Positions 11,212 through 24,019 of a stretch of DNA of 64,000 nt are shown in pieces (positions within the stretch are counted from its first letter, which is position 1; every line of letters begins with the position of its first letter). The DNA lies in the NCBI GenBank assembly GCA_028534125.1, contig CM052816.1, positions 80,912,001-80,976,000 of the forward strand, given 5' to 3'. The notes beneath the pieces are model-generated. The model had not been told where the DNA came from and did no database searches. It worked only from the letters and a program-made list of their open reading frames with translations. The DNA is from Lama glama. Its lineage: Eukaryota. Made by a program: the position numbers and the translations under genes.

Positions 11212-14188
11212 AGAGAGTTTCGGCTTCCAGCTATCATGGAGTAAATGGTACCAAGCTAGACTTCTTGCCATAAACATCCCTAGAACTGAAGAAAACATAT
11301 CAGGCAACTGTTTTTCAGGCAATGGGTAACAGTCATTTTAAGCCTGTTATCTGTAAGGAGGGAAACTCAAGAAATAAGCCCTGCAATTACCTAGTTGTCT
11401 GCCTGGAAACAATTTTCTGGCTACAGCATAAAGAAGTGGAGTCTAAGCAGAGTACAGTGGTCCCATTGAGCTAACGAGGCAGAGATCAAAGTTCTGGGTT
11501 CCTGAAGCAGTTGGAATGTGATGGGTGAGAGTATCATCATAGAGAAAGAAGCTCTCTCAAGAATCTGGATGATGGACCATCTTAAGCATGGCTGAGGATG
11601 ATCTGTATATTCTCAGGGCAGACCATCAGAGATTTAATAGCTAGCAGCTTCTATGGGATTGAGAGCTGAACAAAGAGACTGGAGGTTAAGCAGTACCTAC
11701 AGACACTAAAGCTCCAGCCTTGCCAGAGCAAAGAGGTTTCCCTAAAGCCTTTGTAACACCCATGCCATCCAACCGAGACACTTGAAAGGCCAGGTCTTAA
11801 CAACAAGGACCATGCCATACAGTAAGATCTACTATAGAATTTCCCTAAGAAACCCTAATACCAAGCTCTTATTATGTCCCTAGAGCAATTAAGTTTGAAG
11901 GTTGAATCTCACCAAGTTAGAGGGGCTAGCAGAATACCTTTGGCCTTCCACTGTTCCTCACTAATAAAGCATAAAATCAAGCCTATACAAATTCTAAGGG
12001 ATTCTCCAGTAATTGAACTTGTTGACAAATAGAAAGCAAAGGAAATAACAGAATCCTAATTCTCTATGATGTATTATCTAAATACCTAGTATTTAATCAA
12101 GAAAGAAACAGAGAAATGTAATACATAGTTAAAAAATAAACATCAATAGAAATGGAATTGACTTTCTCTAAGGTAATTCAATGGGAAAATGATGGTCTTT
12201 TCAATAAATGGTACTGAAACAATCATAATCTGATCTCAAGTCTACAAATGACAAATGCTGGAGAGGCTGTGGAGAAAAGGAAACCCTCCTACACTGCTGG
12301 TGGGAACGCAATTTGGTGCAGCCACTGTGGAAAACAGTATGGAGATTCCTCAAAAGCCTAGGAATGGGCTTACCATATGACCCAGTAACTCCACTCCTGG
12401 GCATATATCTAGAAGGAACCCTACTTCAGAATGACACCTGCACCCCAATGTTCATAGCAGCACTATTTACAATAGCCAAGACATGGAAACAGCCTAAATG
12501 TCCATCGACAGATGACTGGATAAAGAAGATTGGTATATTTATACAGTAGAATACTATTCAGCTATAAAAAAAAACAACAACATAATGCCATTTGCAGCAA
12601 TATGGATGTCCCTGGAGAATGTCATTCTGAGTGAAGTAAGCCAGAAAGAGAAAGAAAAATACCATATGAGATCACTCATATGTGGAATCTTAAAAAAAAA
12701 ACAACATAAATACAAAACAGAAATAGACTCATAGACGTAGAATACAAACTTGTGGTTGCCAGGGTGGAGTTGGGTGTGAAGGGACAGACTAGGAGTTCGA
12801 AATTTGTAAATACTGACATGCATATGTAGAATAGATAAACAAGGTTATATTGTATAGCACAGGGAAATATATACAAGATCTTGTGGTAGCTCACAGTGAA
12901 AAAGAATGTGACAATGAATATATGTATGTTCATGTATAACTGAAAAATTGTGCTCTACACTGGAAATTGACACAATATTGTAAACTGACTATAACTCAAT
13001 AAAAAAAATCTAATCTCTATGTGCAAAACAATGAACTTCAACTCTTACCTCACACCATATACAAAATTAACTCAAAATGGATTAAATACCTAAATGGGAA
13101 GATCAAGACTATAATCTTCTATAAGCAAACATAGGAAAAAGGAAAAGAGCGATAACCATAAAAGATGTTGATAAATTGGCTTCCTCAAAAATTCAAACTA
13201 TCTGCTTTTCAAAGGAGAAAATCAAGGAAATGAAATGGAAGCTACATACTGAAAAGAAATATTCATAACATATATAACTGACAAAGCACTTGAACAACAA
13301 CATATAAAGAATTCTTACAACTCAATAATAAAACAATCAACTCAATTTTTAAAAATAAATAAATTCTATAAAAGACAAAATACAAATGGGCAATAATCAT
13401 GTAAAAAGATATTCAACATCACTGGTCATCAGGGAAGTATAAATTAAAATCATAATAAAATATCGCTTCACACCTATAGAATGACTTAAATTAAAAGGAT
13501 TTGTAATATAATGTGTTGGCAAGGATGTGGAGAAAGAAACAAGGACTCTCATACATTTATGGTGAGGTGTAAAATGGCATGACCATTTGTGAGAACAGAT
13601 TGCCAGTTTCTTATAACGTTGAAAATACTTATCATATGACCTAGCAAATCTTCTTCTCAGGTAGCTACTCAGAGAAATGAAAACTTCCATAAAAAGATTT
13701 GTACATGAATGTTCATAGCTGCTTTATTTACAGCGACCAAAAACTGGAAACAACCCAAATAATGATGGGTTCTAGTAAATGACCAGACAAATAAGTTATA
13801 GTATATCATAAAATCAAATTCTGCTCAGGAATAAAAAGAAGTAAAGTACTGATACACGTAACATGGAGGAATCTCCCGGACACCATGCTGAGTAAAGGAA
13901 CAGAGTTCAACTGAAAATTTCTGTTTATATGAAATTATAGAATAAACACCACCAATCCATAAAAGCAATTAAAAAAAATCATCAATTTTCACCTGAGTCA
14001 GAGGTTGGAGGGCAAGAGAGAAGATGACTGCAAAGGGACACTAACAAACTTCCCTAGAGATGAAAATGTTTTGTATCTTGATTGAATAGTAGCTTACATT
14101 GTATACATTTGCTAAAATTCACTTGACCAAAAATGTATACATTGTATTGAATGTAAATTATTCCTCAATTCAGTTCATTAAAAAAAAT
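11212..14188 (+). mobile_element. Old L1 (L1MC/MD-like): 5' region joined to ORF2 3' end and 3' UTR; interrupted by a younger L1 at 12238-13006
   Basis: 5'-end-like text from 11212; ORF2 C-terminal text from ~12155 (aaggtaattcaatgggaaaatgatggtcttttcaataaatggtactg) resuming at 13018 (ctcacaccatatacaaaattaactcaaaatggatt); 3' UTR ending tgtaaattattcctcaat...aaaaaaaa. Confidence 0.85.
12238..13006 (+). mobile_element. Young 5'-truncated L1 (camelid-like 3' UTR)
   Basis: ORF 12313-12549 [13 protein letters not shown]...[12 protein letters not shown]...CTPMFIAALFTIAKTWKQPKCPSTDDWIKK is the ORF2p C-terminus. The 3' UTR ends aataaaaaaaa. TSD aatctgatctc (12227-12237) / aatctaatctc (13007-13017). Confidence 0.95.
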
Positions 14189-14189
14189 T

Positions 14190-14600
14190 AGACCTTTCAT
14201 ATTGTGACTTCGACCCCCTTCAGGAGCCTAATCTCAAATTTCAAGTTTCATCTTGAAATTTTAAGATTCTTCATTTGGGGCACTTCTTGCCTTCAGGTTT
14301 TTCCCTGTACTGTCCCCACTACTTGATAATTTTTCCACTCTTTCTTCACCTTAAGGAAAGTGTTTCCTTCTAACCCAAGATTGGTTAAATGCTCTTTCTA
14401 TCTTTCCACAGCACTCCAGAATAACACTCAATAGAGGATATATCACATTTTATCATTTTTTATTGTTTAACTGTCTGTCTTTCCTGTTGAATTGTATCCT
14501 ACCTGAGCACAGGAACTGTACATGCTTTCCCACCATACCTATCATGTCCTTGGCTTATAATTGACACTTAATAAATATTTGTTGAATGAGTGAATGAGCA
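14190..14600 (+). mobile_element. L2 3' end (upstream part at ~11100-11200)
   Basis: Ends cacttaataaatatttgttgaatgagtgaatga, the canonical L2 terminus. Confidence 0.8.
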
Positions 14601-15369
14601 AACCAATCAATGAACAAATGAGCTTGCATAAGCCTCCTGAGATCTTCAGGTTGATTCCCAGTGATTTCAAGGTTCTGTTTTCTAAGTGAAATTAATTGAG
14701 GGCTTCCCCCTCTAAGTGAATGTTACTTTTGGTTCAGCAGCACATAGTTTATTATAGGTATTTTCTTCTAAATTGTATTTCTCAGAAGCCACCATTCTTG
14801 TAGAAGCAGTGAGTCACTGAAAAGCAATTCTTGGCTGTGCCTTCCCCCACCACACTGTCCCCCCAGCTAGCCAGACCAAACATTCCATATTAACCATGTT
14901 TTATTGTCTAGGAGCTTTCTGTCTGATTTAGATTGTCTATCAAGATATTTTGTAGTTTTCTTCCACTCTGAAAAGCGTAGCTTATTTTTCCTGTCTTATA
15001 TGTTCCTTATTTTTTTACAAATGCTTTTGAAAAATAGTTCAAAATATAGCAAATATATGCAAACAATACAGATGAAGCCTAATAAGATGGATTCTTATCT
15101 ACTCCACCACTGTTTCTCATGTCTTTTATTCTACTGACATGTAGTTTCAAAGCTTTTAGGAAAAATTTGCTACTATTCATTCAATTCAAAAAAGTTTCAG
15201 AGAGAAGTATTAAAGCCCCCTTCTCAAATAGCTTAGAGTATGGTGGAGACGTGCAAATAAACAAACCACTGTGTGCTCTGTGACACAATAAAGGTGTGTC
15301 CAGGGCACTAAATGGGGGTTGGAGTCTACAATTTTATGCACACGATACCTAGTTGTTAAACATTTTTCT

Positions 15370-15520
15370 AAGACAGGCATTAACAGTCCCACTTTACAAA
15401 TAAAGATTATGAATCATAGGACAGTAATGTTTTCAAGGTCACACAACTAATAAGTGGCAGAAGCAAAATCCAGGCCTGTCAGGTTTTTAAGCCTATGTCC
15501 TCTTATGTATGCCATGTTGC
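15370..15520 (-). mobile_element. MIR SINE fragment
   Basis: cccactttacaaataaag...caaggtcacacaactaataagtggcagaagc. Confidence 0.7.
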
Positions 15521-15529
15521 TCTTCCTGC

Positions 15530-17050
15530 CAAGGTCAGGGAGAGGAGAAAATTAAGGAGTCAAGAATGACACGTGGTTTTCCAGCTAGGTAGACTGAGTG
15601 GCAACTGGTGGCACCCATATTCTGAGACCAGGAATGCAGGGAGAGGGCAGGGTTGGAGGAAAGCATGGTATTCTGAGATATTTGAAGATCAGCATTTGCT
15701 GACGTTGAGACAGGGGTGCCTGTGGGTCATTTTGCCCGGCTACCACAAGCAGTGGGAATGAGAATCTGGAGCATAAGCTGTAGGCATGGGTTGGAGATAA
15801 AGATGTGAACACCATAGTACTTATGTAGTAGTTGAAACTTTGGGTATGCATTGAATCACCCAGAAGGAGTGTGTAGATTAAGAGTTTTAAACATTTAAAC
15901 ATCCATCTTTGATTCACTGGCCTCTAGATTCCTCTAATATATCTTACATAAAAATTGTATGCATGTGTCAGGACTTAAAGTTAGATTAATTCATTTGACA
16001 AATATTGATGGAGTTACTGAGTATCAATTATGTGTTCAACAGTGGGCTAGACTGTGGGGAATAGAAAGGAAGAAAATACAATTTCCCCACTCTAGGAACC
16101 TACAATTTGGCTGGCAAGTCAGAGTATATTTATACCAACTCCTGGAAGTCATAATGCACAATCTAGACTATGGACAGGACCAGCATGTTTTAGGTTGTGG
16201 ATATGTTTCAAAGAAACCTTGAGTGTCTCATAACAAATCATCTGAAAACATCCAAAAGATACAATATACACATAATCAATGTAAGCTCCTCCCAATTTGC
16301 TACTTCCGTTTCTGTTCTCTTTAGAAATTATTTATCACTGAAAAATAACAAAAACATTCCTTTCTTGAGCTTATTATGCTTTAAACCCATTTACTTTAAT
16401 ACTGAAAATTCAGGTAGAGCTCAGAAAGATTGGAACTTGGAAATGGAAAGCTATAAGGAGACCCATGCATGACCTTGCTCTGTTTCTTATTCCTGCTTCT
16501 TGCTGCATGTTTGGTTCATTCTTATCTCTGCAGACTCTCTCTGTCTGCTTCTAGTGCTGCCTGACAAAATATGACCATTCAGAGTAGAATACGGTTGCTA
16601 AGTTTTTTCTTGGTCTTGAGTCCCTCATGGTTTTCCTCTTTCAACACTATATACATTATTTTTAACCCTTACAACTACCTTTTAAGACTGAAATTATTCT
16701 TTCTGCATGACATGTGGGAAAACTGAAGCTGAGAGAGACTGTGGCCCCTGAAGTCACTGTCATCTGTTGGGAATTAAAAGAAAAAGATAAGACCTCTGCC
16801 CGCATGGATTTCACCGTCCAATGATGAAGCAGATATTCATCGTTCTAGATACAGACATAAATTAATCATCATAGAATTCTGCACAGGGTGCTATAGTAGA
16901 TGAGTAAACATAGAATTTTAGTAACATAAAGACTGATGCCTGGAGAAGCAGGGAGAGCACTGTAGAAAGGACATTTGAACCAAACTTGGAAAGATACATA
17001 GCTCTCCAGGTATAAAAGGAGGAAATGACATTCTAGTCAGCAGGCACAAG
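15530..17050 (-). mobile_element. Cluster of L2 fragments (~15530-15880, 15985-16115, 16765-17050) with a MIR piece (~16640-16760)
   Basis: ggagtcaagaatgacac...ttgaaactttgggtatgcattgaatcacccag; attcatttgacaaatattg...; ggacatttgaaccaaacttggaaagat. Confidence 0.65.
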
Positions 17051-18174
17051 AGTGCTTATTATAAACAGGAAGATCAGTGCTGTCCATGGTTCTCCTTGAA
17101 CCCATGGCTCTGGGTTGGCAGCCAAGCACCGGTACACTAATGGTGAGCCTGGCTGTAGATCCTACTGAAATGGTTCAGTCTGATTTCCAGTAAGCTAGAA
17201 AAGAGAACACTTGAGACCAATATTTGGTATAAAAATTTAGTCTCTTTCTTGCTCTCTAGTTTTCTCTCTCTTTTTCTCCTCCCTACACCGCTACCCCAAC
17301 CACAATATAAATCAGCACAGAAAACAATGTGAGCTTTGGCAGTAATCACTGTTAGTCTTGAGTGATGAATACACAACAGATCTGCGCATTACAAAAGCTG
17401 CTTCTGTGGTACATTATACTTTTTCAGGATTTCGCAAAGTATATGTGTATTGTCTCTAACTTAGAGCCTATACCACACAGCTTTGCATAGAACTTTTGGG
17501 ATCTCCCACCAAAGAGCATGAGTCTGGATTCTATAAAAAGTTATTTAGCAAGGTGTGGGCTACAGAATCTGGCTTATGCCTCTTCAGAAATAAGGCTGAA
17601 ATGTAGATGTTCTCTGTATAGATAGCAGCTGAAGACTGTCTAGCTTGCTATAAATGGAGAAAAGGACTAACAATTTTCACTCATGAGGTGCATTCTCTCA
17701 TAGCTAAGTTTACCCCCAGAGATGTTTAAATAAAAAGCTTTTTCTTAAGTCATGAGAAATCCTAATAAGCAAGAAAGATTTGCTACTTAAAACATTATAT
17801 TTAAGTTTCATTAGAATTATACCTGAACATCTATAAATTCATTCTATTCATTCAGCTCTGAAGAAGATGGATGTGCATTTCTATAGAATGTTCTTTCAGT
17901 TTAGCATTTGTCACTAGGACAATCAACTTGAATGTCTTTTCCCCACGCCATTGTTATCAGAAATAGTACTGTCTTCTGAACCTCAGCTGAAGGTCTTGCT
18001 GGTGTAGGGCATAACAAATACTGCATATACTAAAGTATCTCACTTAGTCTAATGCAGTTAAAAATCATCTAGTCCAGAAGACTTGGATAAATGCAAGCAC
18101 AAATGTATTCAACTATGTTGCCCCACTAGCCCTCACCATTAGTGAAAATAGTATATAATGATAGCCAACAATTT

Positions 18175-18710
18175 TTAAAATCTTTTTTTTGTCCAGGTAG
18201 TTGTAGGTGTATGTAATAAAACATTGAAAAATATATAAAATACGTATGGCACAGTAAGAGTCTTTCTTCCTTCACCAGTCCCCTGCAGCCACATAGCGCC
18301 ATCTCCAGAAGTAATGACCATGTCCAGACTTTCTCTATCCTTCCAGAGATGTTATGCACACATATATGTGTGTGTTTGTGTGTGTATACACACACATTGC
18401 TTTAATGTTGTGCAAATTAAATTATTAGTGGCACGTAATACACACTGATTTGCATCTTGTGTTTTCACCTAACACATCTTAGAGTTGTTGCATATTAGAC
18501 CAGGTAGACCTGCCACATTCTATTTAATTGACGCTTATTATTCCATTATTTCATTGCACTGTACTTCATTTGCCAGATCTCTATTGATGGAAATGCATGC
18601 TGTTTCCAGTCTTTTGCTAATACAGACAATGTTGCAGTGAATATAATTCATATATATGTAAAAATATTTGTCAGACAGATTTCTGGAAACAGAATTGTTG
18701 GGTTAATGAT
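18175..18710 (-). mobile_element. Old L1 3' end (L1ME-like)
   Basis: cttgtgttttcacctaacacatcttagag...tctattgatgga...tgtttccagtcttttgctaatacagacaatgttgcagtgaata...gaattgttgggt. Confidence 0.75.
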
Positions 18711-19199
18711 GAGGAGTGGGAGAAAACATGTTTTCTGAGTAAAAGTTCAGACGTGATCAGAAGTTTTTTACCTTAGCTTAGCTCTGTGTCTGTCTTGGTG
18801 CTGTCTCTCTCCTAGGAATTCCTTAGTTGAGACTATCCAAACACTACAGTACATTTGATCTCTATTTTCTCACCAGTGTTCCGAATTCCTTTGTCTTTTT
18901 ATCCTACCTGCTCCATTAGTCATCAAAGCTAAATCTGCCTTTTCCACTACTGCACCTAGACAGATGTTTGGGGGAAACACATGTAATTTGGTTCTATTAC
19001 AAATTTGTATTTTCTTAGATAATTTAGGGACTCTATACTACTCAATAATCCTTTTACTTACACCTAACAAACTGTCCCTCCAACATTGGCCATTCCACTG
19101 GCTGATCTATATCCACAAACTTTTTATCTTACACTGTACTCTCAGCTTCCCTGCGTCTTAGAGAAAGATAGCTCATTAAGTTAGAATCCCCTTAACTTC

Positions 19200-21370
19200 T
19201 GGTTTAACCCTCAGACTTTCTACATGAAATTGTCAGACTATCTCAAAACACAGTTCCCTTTTCACTATCTAGTGATAATCCTGCCACATACTCCTTATTC
19301 CCACTGCCTCTCTACTGACTTTTTCATCCCAGTATATAAATAAATTCTGTAAAATTAAAATCATCTCTTTGCCCTTTGTTCTCCTCCAGTAATTACTTCC
19401 CATTCCTTCCCAAATAGCATTCTTAAGAGGATAGGCCAAAGACTAGATACTTCCACTGTTTCATTTCCAATCTTCTTGTCCGTTTACTAAAGAATGGGTA
19501 CTGCTTCTACTGCATCACTGAAACTGCTCTTGCCAGAGTCCCCAAAGAACATCAAGTCTTGACTATTTTTTGAGCAGTCATGAACATTTCTGTATTTGAA
19601 TTTTTTCCAGCATTTGACGCTTGATTCGACTCTAACCCCACCACATCCAGCAGCATTTCTCAGTTATTTTCATTAGGCACTTTCTTCTTGTTCTCCTTAA
19701 CTTATTTTTTTTTCTTTTTTCTTTTTTTAACTATTCTTCTGGTTCCTTTTTGACTTTAGGTCTTTAGGTCCTATGTTCCCTAGGATTAAGTCCTCATCAA
19801 GTTTTTCTTTCTTCTCTTTATCCTTTATGGATGATCTCATTTATTCCCTAATTTCAATGATCACCTGTAGGCTGATGACTCAAAGAGCCTGTCTAAACCT
19901 CTCTCCTGGACTCCAGACCATGTTTTCAACTGCCTAATAGTCTTCTTCACTTGGTTGACTCACAGACATTTGAAACATAGCATGTTCCAGATTGAACTCA
20001 TTTTTCAATTCCCCACCCCATTTCCCAAGGCCTTCCTCTCCATCTTTCACCCAGTCACCGAGGCCAGGAATTTTTAGTCATCATCTTCCCTTGCTTTTCC
20101 CTCTTCTCTCCACACTTGATCAATCACTACATTCTGCTGTTTCTATCTCCTAGACACTGATTGAATTCATTCTCTTATTTCCATACCCATGTGACTGCCT
20201 GAGTTTTATATCTCATTATTTCTCACCTGAACTTTTGTCAGTAATCAGCTAACAGGCCTCTATCAATTTATGGTACTTATAATTAAGCTACTTCACATTG
20301 ATTGGTAGAGTTATCTTTCTAAATTGCTTATATTATGTTACTCTTTTACTTAAAATTATTTTCTAGGTTTTCATTGCCTACAATACAGTTTGAACTACTT
20401 ACCACACTTTACATTTTATTTGCTTCTCCAGCCTCATTGCCTCTGACTCCTCAACATGTGTCATATACTTCAGTCGTCAAAAAGTATTCATTATTGCCTC
20501 CATATCCATTTTCTTTCTATCTCTGGATGGTTGTTCATGCTATTTCTTGGTCTTTTTCACTCTGTCTCCTAGGGAATATTTACTGATCTCAAAACTCAGA
20601 TGCAGTGCTCTCTTCTCTATGGTACCATAGTTTTTTTTTTTATAACTATATATTTTTTTAAATTCACTGGTATATTCCTCCACTAGACTGCAAGACTTTC
20701 CTGGGAAATGACCATGTTTTATTCATCTATGTGTCTGTAATATCTTTCACAATTCCTTGCACTGAGAAGCCACTCAAAAAATATTCATTTAATAATGTCC
20801 TATGTTTGGTCCCTATTCTTATTTATTTATTCTAGCTTATGCTGTCCAATTTGTTTTCCTCTTAGAAAATGGTGCTCTGTTTATATCACTTCCTCTGAAT
20901 CTTCCAAGGGACTCTGCTCACCCATAGGATGATGTCCAAACTCCTTGGTATGGTGCTTAGGTTCCTCAAAACCTGTTTCCCCATATTTCTTTCCAATATC
21001 CCTCTTAGTGTACCTACATATACCTTTTGCTTTTTAGACAGAGTGGTCTACTTGATGTTCTTCAAAATACTCCCTGTGAATTTACACCACTCTTTTATTG
21101 CTCAGATTATTATCCTTAGGTCAAATGACTTTTCCCCTTTTCTATCTTGTCTAAGCTCACTCATCCTTCATGGTGAAGTTTAAATCTACAGCTCCGTAAT
21201 ATTTTCTCTGACCATTCTCAGAATAATAAATCTCTTTCTCCCAACTGTCACAGCACTGGTTTTTTATACCATAGTTTGTTGTGTTCAGCATTTTTTTTAT
21301 TGCTTGTGCTGCTTGTTATCAATGCATTGAGGATAGGGACTACAGTCTTAACAGTATTTATTGAATAAAT
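19200..21370 (+). mobile_element. Long composite of L2 fragments
   Basis: cactgaaactgctcttgccagagtc...aacctctctcctggactccagacc...ttcaactgcc...catgttccagattgaactc; 3'-end-like segments near 20680-20790 and 21320-21370. Confidence 0.75.
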
Positions 21371-23844
21371 ATTTTATTATCCTTCACAGCATTGATCAGG
21401 ACTGTTGTTATTCTTTCATATTTTTTATCACATCTGGTATGACTATTGATATGTTGCTTTAACTTACGTATAATTTTAGTCAACCAAGTTACAAGGGTAT
21501 TTTTACTTACTGATTTTGATCATTTCTTATAGTATCATTTTCTATCGATTTCTGATTTTCTGCCCGCATGGCTGATGGCCCATTATGTAAAAAAACAAAA
21601 CACAAAACACAACTTATCCCTTACTCTTTACCTTCCTGACTCAATTATCTTCCTCTGCGTGGAGCGAATGGCTAATAGGATGATAATGAGAAGAAAGAGG
21701 AGGAGGAGAAGCTAACCTGAGTGACAGCATATTTCAAGCTACAGGACTTCTTTCTTTTATCTATTTATTTTTTTTGTGGACGCTGTCCTGAAGAATGTGA
21801 TTTTTAGAAACACTGAACATAGTCATTAATGAGAGGCAGAGAGAAGTTGTTGCTTCTGTGTCCTAAAGTATGAAGGGAACATGTGGTCAACAGATGTGAT
21901 GAAATAGAATTCCAGGATCTCACTGTGTTTAACTTTTGGACCTATCATCTATCCCATGTCTCTGGCATGTGACCCCCACCCAGAGATTGAACAGGCCCCC
22001 CACCCCACCCCATTTTGAAGGCCATGTCTTTAGACTCATGGCCATATCTTTTTCCTTTTTCAACCTCAGTCACTTGAAACAGTACTCCAATTTACAAAAA
22101 TGGTGAAGTATTTGAGGTGTAAATGGCATTAGTTATTATTTGTCCAAATTTCTCAAACTTGAATAAAATAGGAAATTTTCTGAAGATACGTATTAGCTTC
22201 ATCGACTACTACTTAACTTTCCTCTATTCAGCCACTCTGGACCTCCAGGCCCAGTTCAAGCTCATTTCCTGCTAGGTCTGTGCCTGTTCCCAGCCTCTGG
22301 TCTCACATGCTGTACACCAGTGCCCAGCTCTGCTGTCCCCTTTGCCAGATGCAGCCTGTGTTACAAATGAAATTATACATTTGAACCAGATGAGTTTGTC
22401 TTGGTGATTGGCCCTATGTACAATCTACAATTTGGGTCAGACTTATGAAGAGTTTGGTGAATTTGGCAACATGTTTGAGGAAGTATGGACTGTCTTAAAC
22501 TCCAGAGAGAAACCTTCAGGATCTCAGACATTCCATCCCTTGTGGGCTTCCAGAAAAGGCCACCCTCAACTGGCATGGGAGAGAGGGCTCATTTTCAAAC
22601 TATTCAAGTCATGTTGTGACTTGAAGTTGAAGTCTGGTGAAAAATCATGAAAAGACAAGAGACAGTTTGCACTGATCCTAGAATAAGCAGCTTCACTCTA
22701 CTATACAGGGACTCTGGTTTAGATGGGTTCAGGAAGATAAAATTCTACCACCAAAGTATAATTATATGGAAGAATTTAGAATAAATATTTCTAAAGTGTG
22801 AGAACAAAGTACAGCTAAGTTAGTTTGCTGAGGTAAGACAATGACCTGATCCTATGTACCAATTAATAGGGATTTGCAGGTTCCAAGATGGGATTTCTCT
22901 TTGCTTCTTCTTCTTGTTGGCTTCAGTAGGAATGAGGCTTCCATTAGGATCTTAGTACTAAAGCCTGAGAATTTTTTCCGTCCCAGATTTTTAAAGAATC
23001 ATAAAGCAGCTTGAAAGAAAGCCTCACTCACTTACCCTGAAACCTCCACTGAAAAATAAATAATTGAAACCATAGCTGAGCATGATTAATGAAGATACAT
23101 TGTTGTAATTTATTATACCATTTTTGGAGGGCTGTTTTTTTTCCATTTTTTCTCATCTGTCTCCTCTGTTCCCTCTACTACTACACTGCAGACTGAGCAA
23201 AATGCAGATGTTAAGAACGTAAAGATATCAAAGAGTTAGTTTTGGCTGAGTTAGCAGTGACCACATTATAGATCTCAGATTTTTCCCTCCTTTCATGTGG
23301 CTTTTTTGTATGTTGGACAATAAATTAACTAGTATGTAATTACTACACATTTAATCTGAACATGCTGCAGTGGATAAAAGGGAATAACTGGATAAGTCTC
23401 CAGGAACTTCTAGATCAGACTCGGGTATGGATGCAGGTGCCCTACAATTTAGATGAAACTTTTTAAATCTGAAAAATACATTTGGAAAATTCTTAAATAA
23501 CAGAAAGCCCTTCTTGTGCCTAATCACCACATACATTTTCATACAGGAAGTCATATAAAAGTAATTATAGTCAGTTAATGTTGGTTCTATTCACCTGAAT
23601 ATATCTCTGCCTTTTGGTTAAGGTATTGCCTTTTTTAACATTGAAGAATCTTCTAACTGTACCACCTGCCCCTTGCATTTACAAATCCCTGATGTTTAAA
23701 AGTGTTTAATTATATACAGATGGTCTAAATCCATCCTAAAACACTGAACTAATGTGGTGTGTTTGTTTAAATTGTTAAAGCTTTTATCTAGCCAACAAGA
23801 GCTTCTGTATTTTTTTAAATCTCAAAAGAGTATATTCAGAGAAA

Positions 23845-24019
23845 TGAATCGCAAACTTAACTGCACAATAGAATCCCTTGAGAAGCTTTAAAAAATTCCA
23901 ATGCCCAGGCTGTCCCTTAGCCCACTTAAATCAGAACTTCAGAGCATGGTGTCTGAGCATTAGTACTTTTTCTGGCTCCCTAGGTAATTCCAATGTGCAG
24001 CCGAGGTTTAGACAACTGA
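23845..24019. mobile_element. MER5A-like hAT-Charlie MITE
   Basis: aacttaactgcacaatagaatc...aatgcccaggctg...aaatcagaac...ctccctaggtaattccaatgtgcagccgaggtttagacaactg. Confidence 0.8.

Noticed and set aside
12313..12549. L1 ORF2-like ORFs (also 47241-47896 and 61805-62840) as functional CDS
   Set aside because: 5'-truncated, frameshifted retrotransposon remnants.
14733..14746. ttcagcagcacata resembling the U6 5' end or a miR-15/16 seed
   Set aside because: Similarity stops after ~14 nt; no U6 body or pre-miRNA hairpin.
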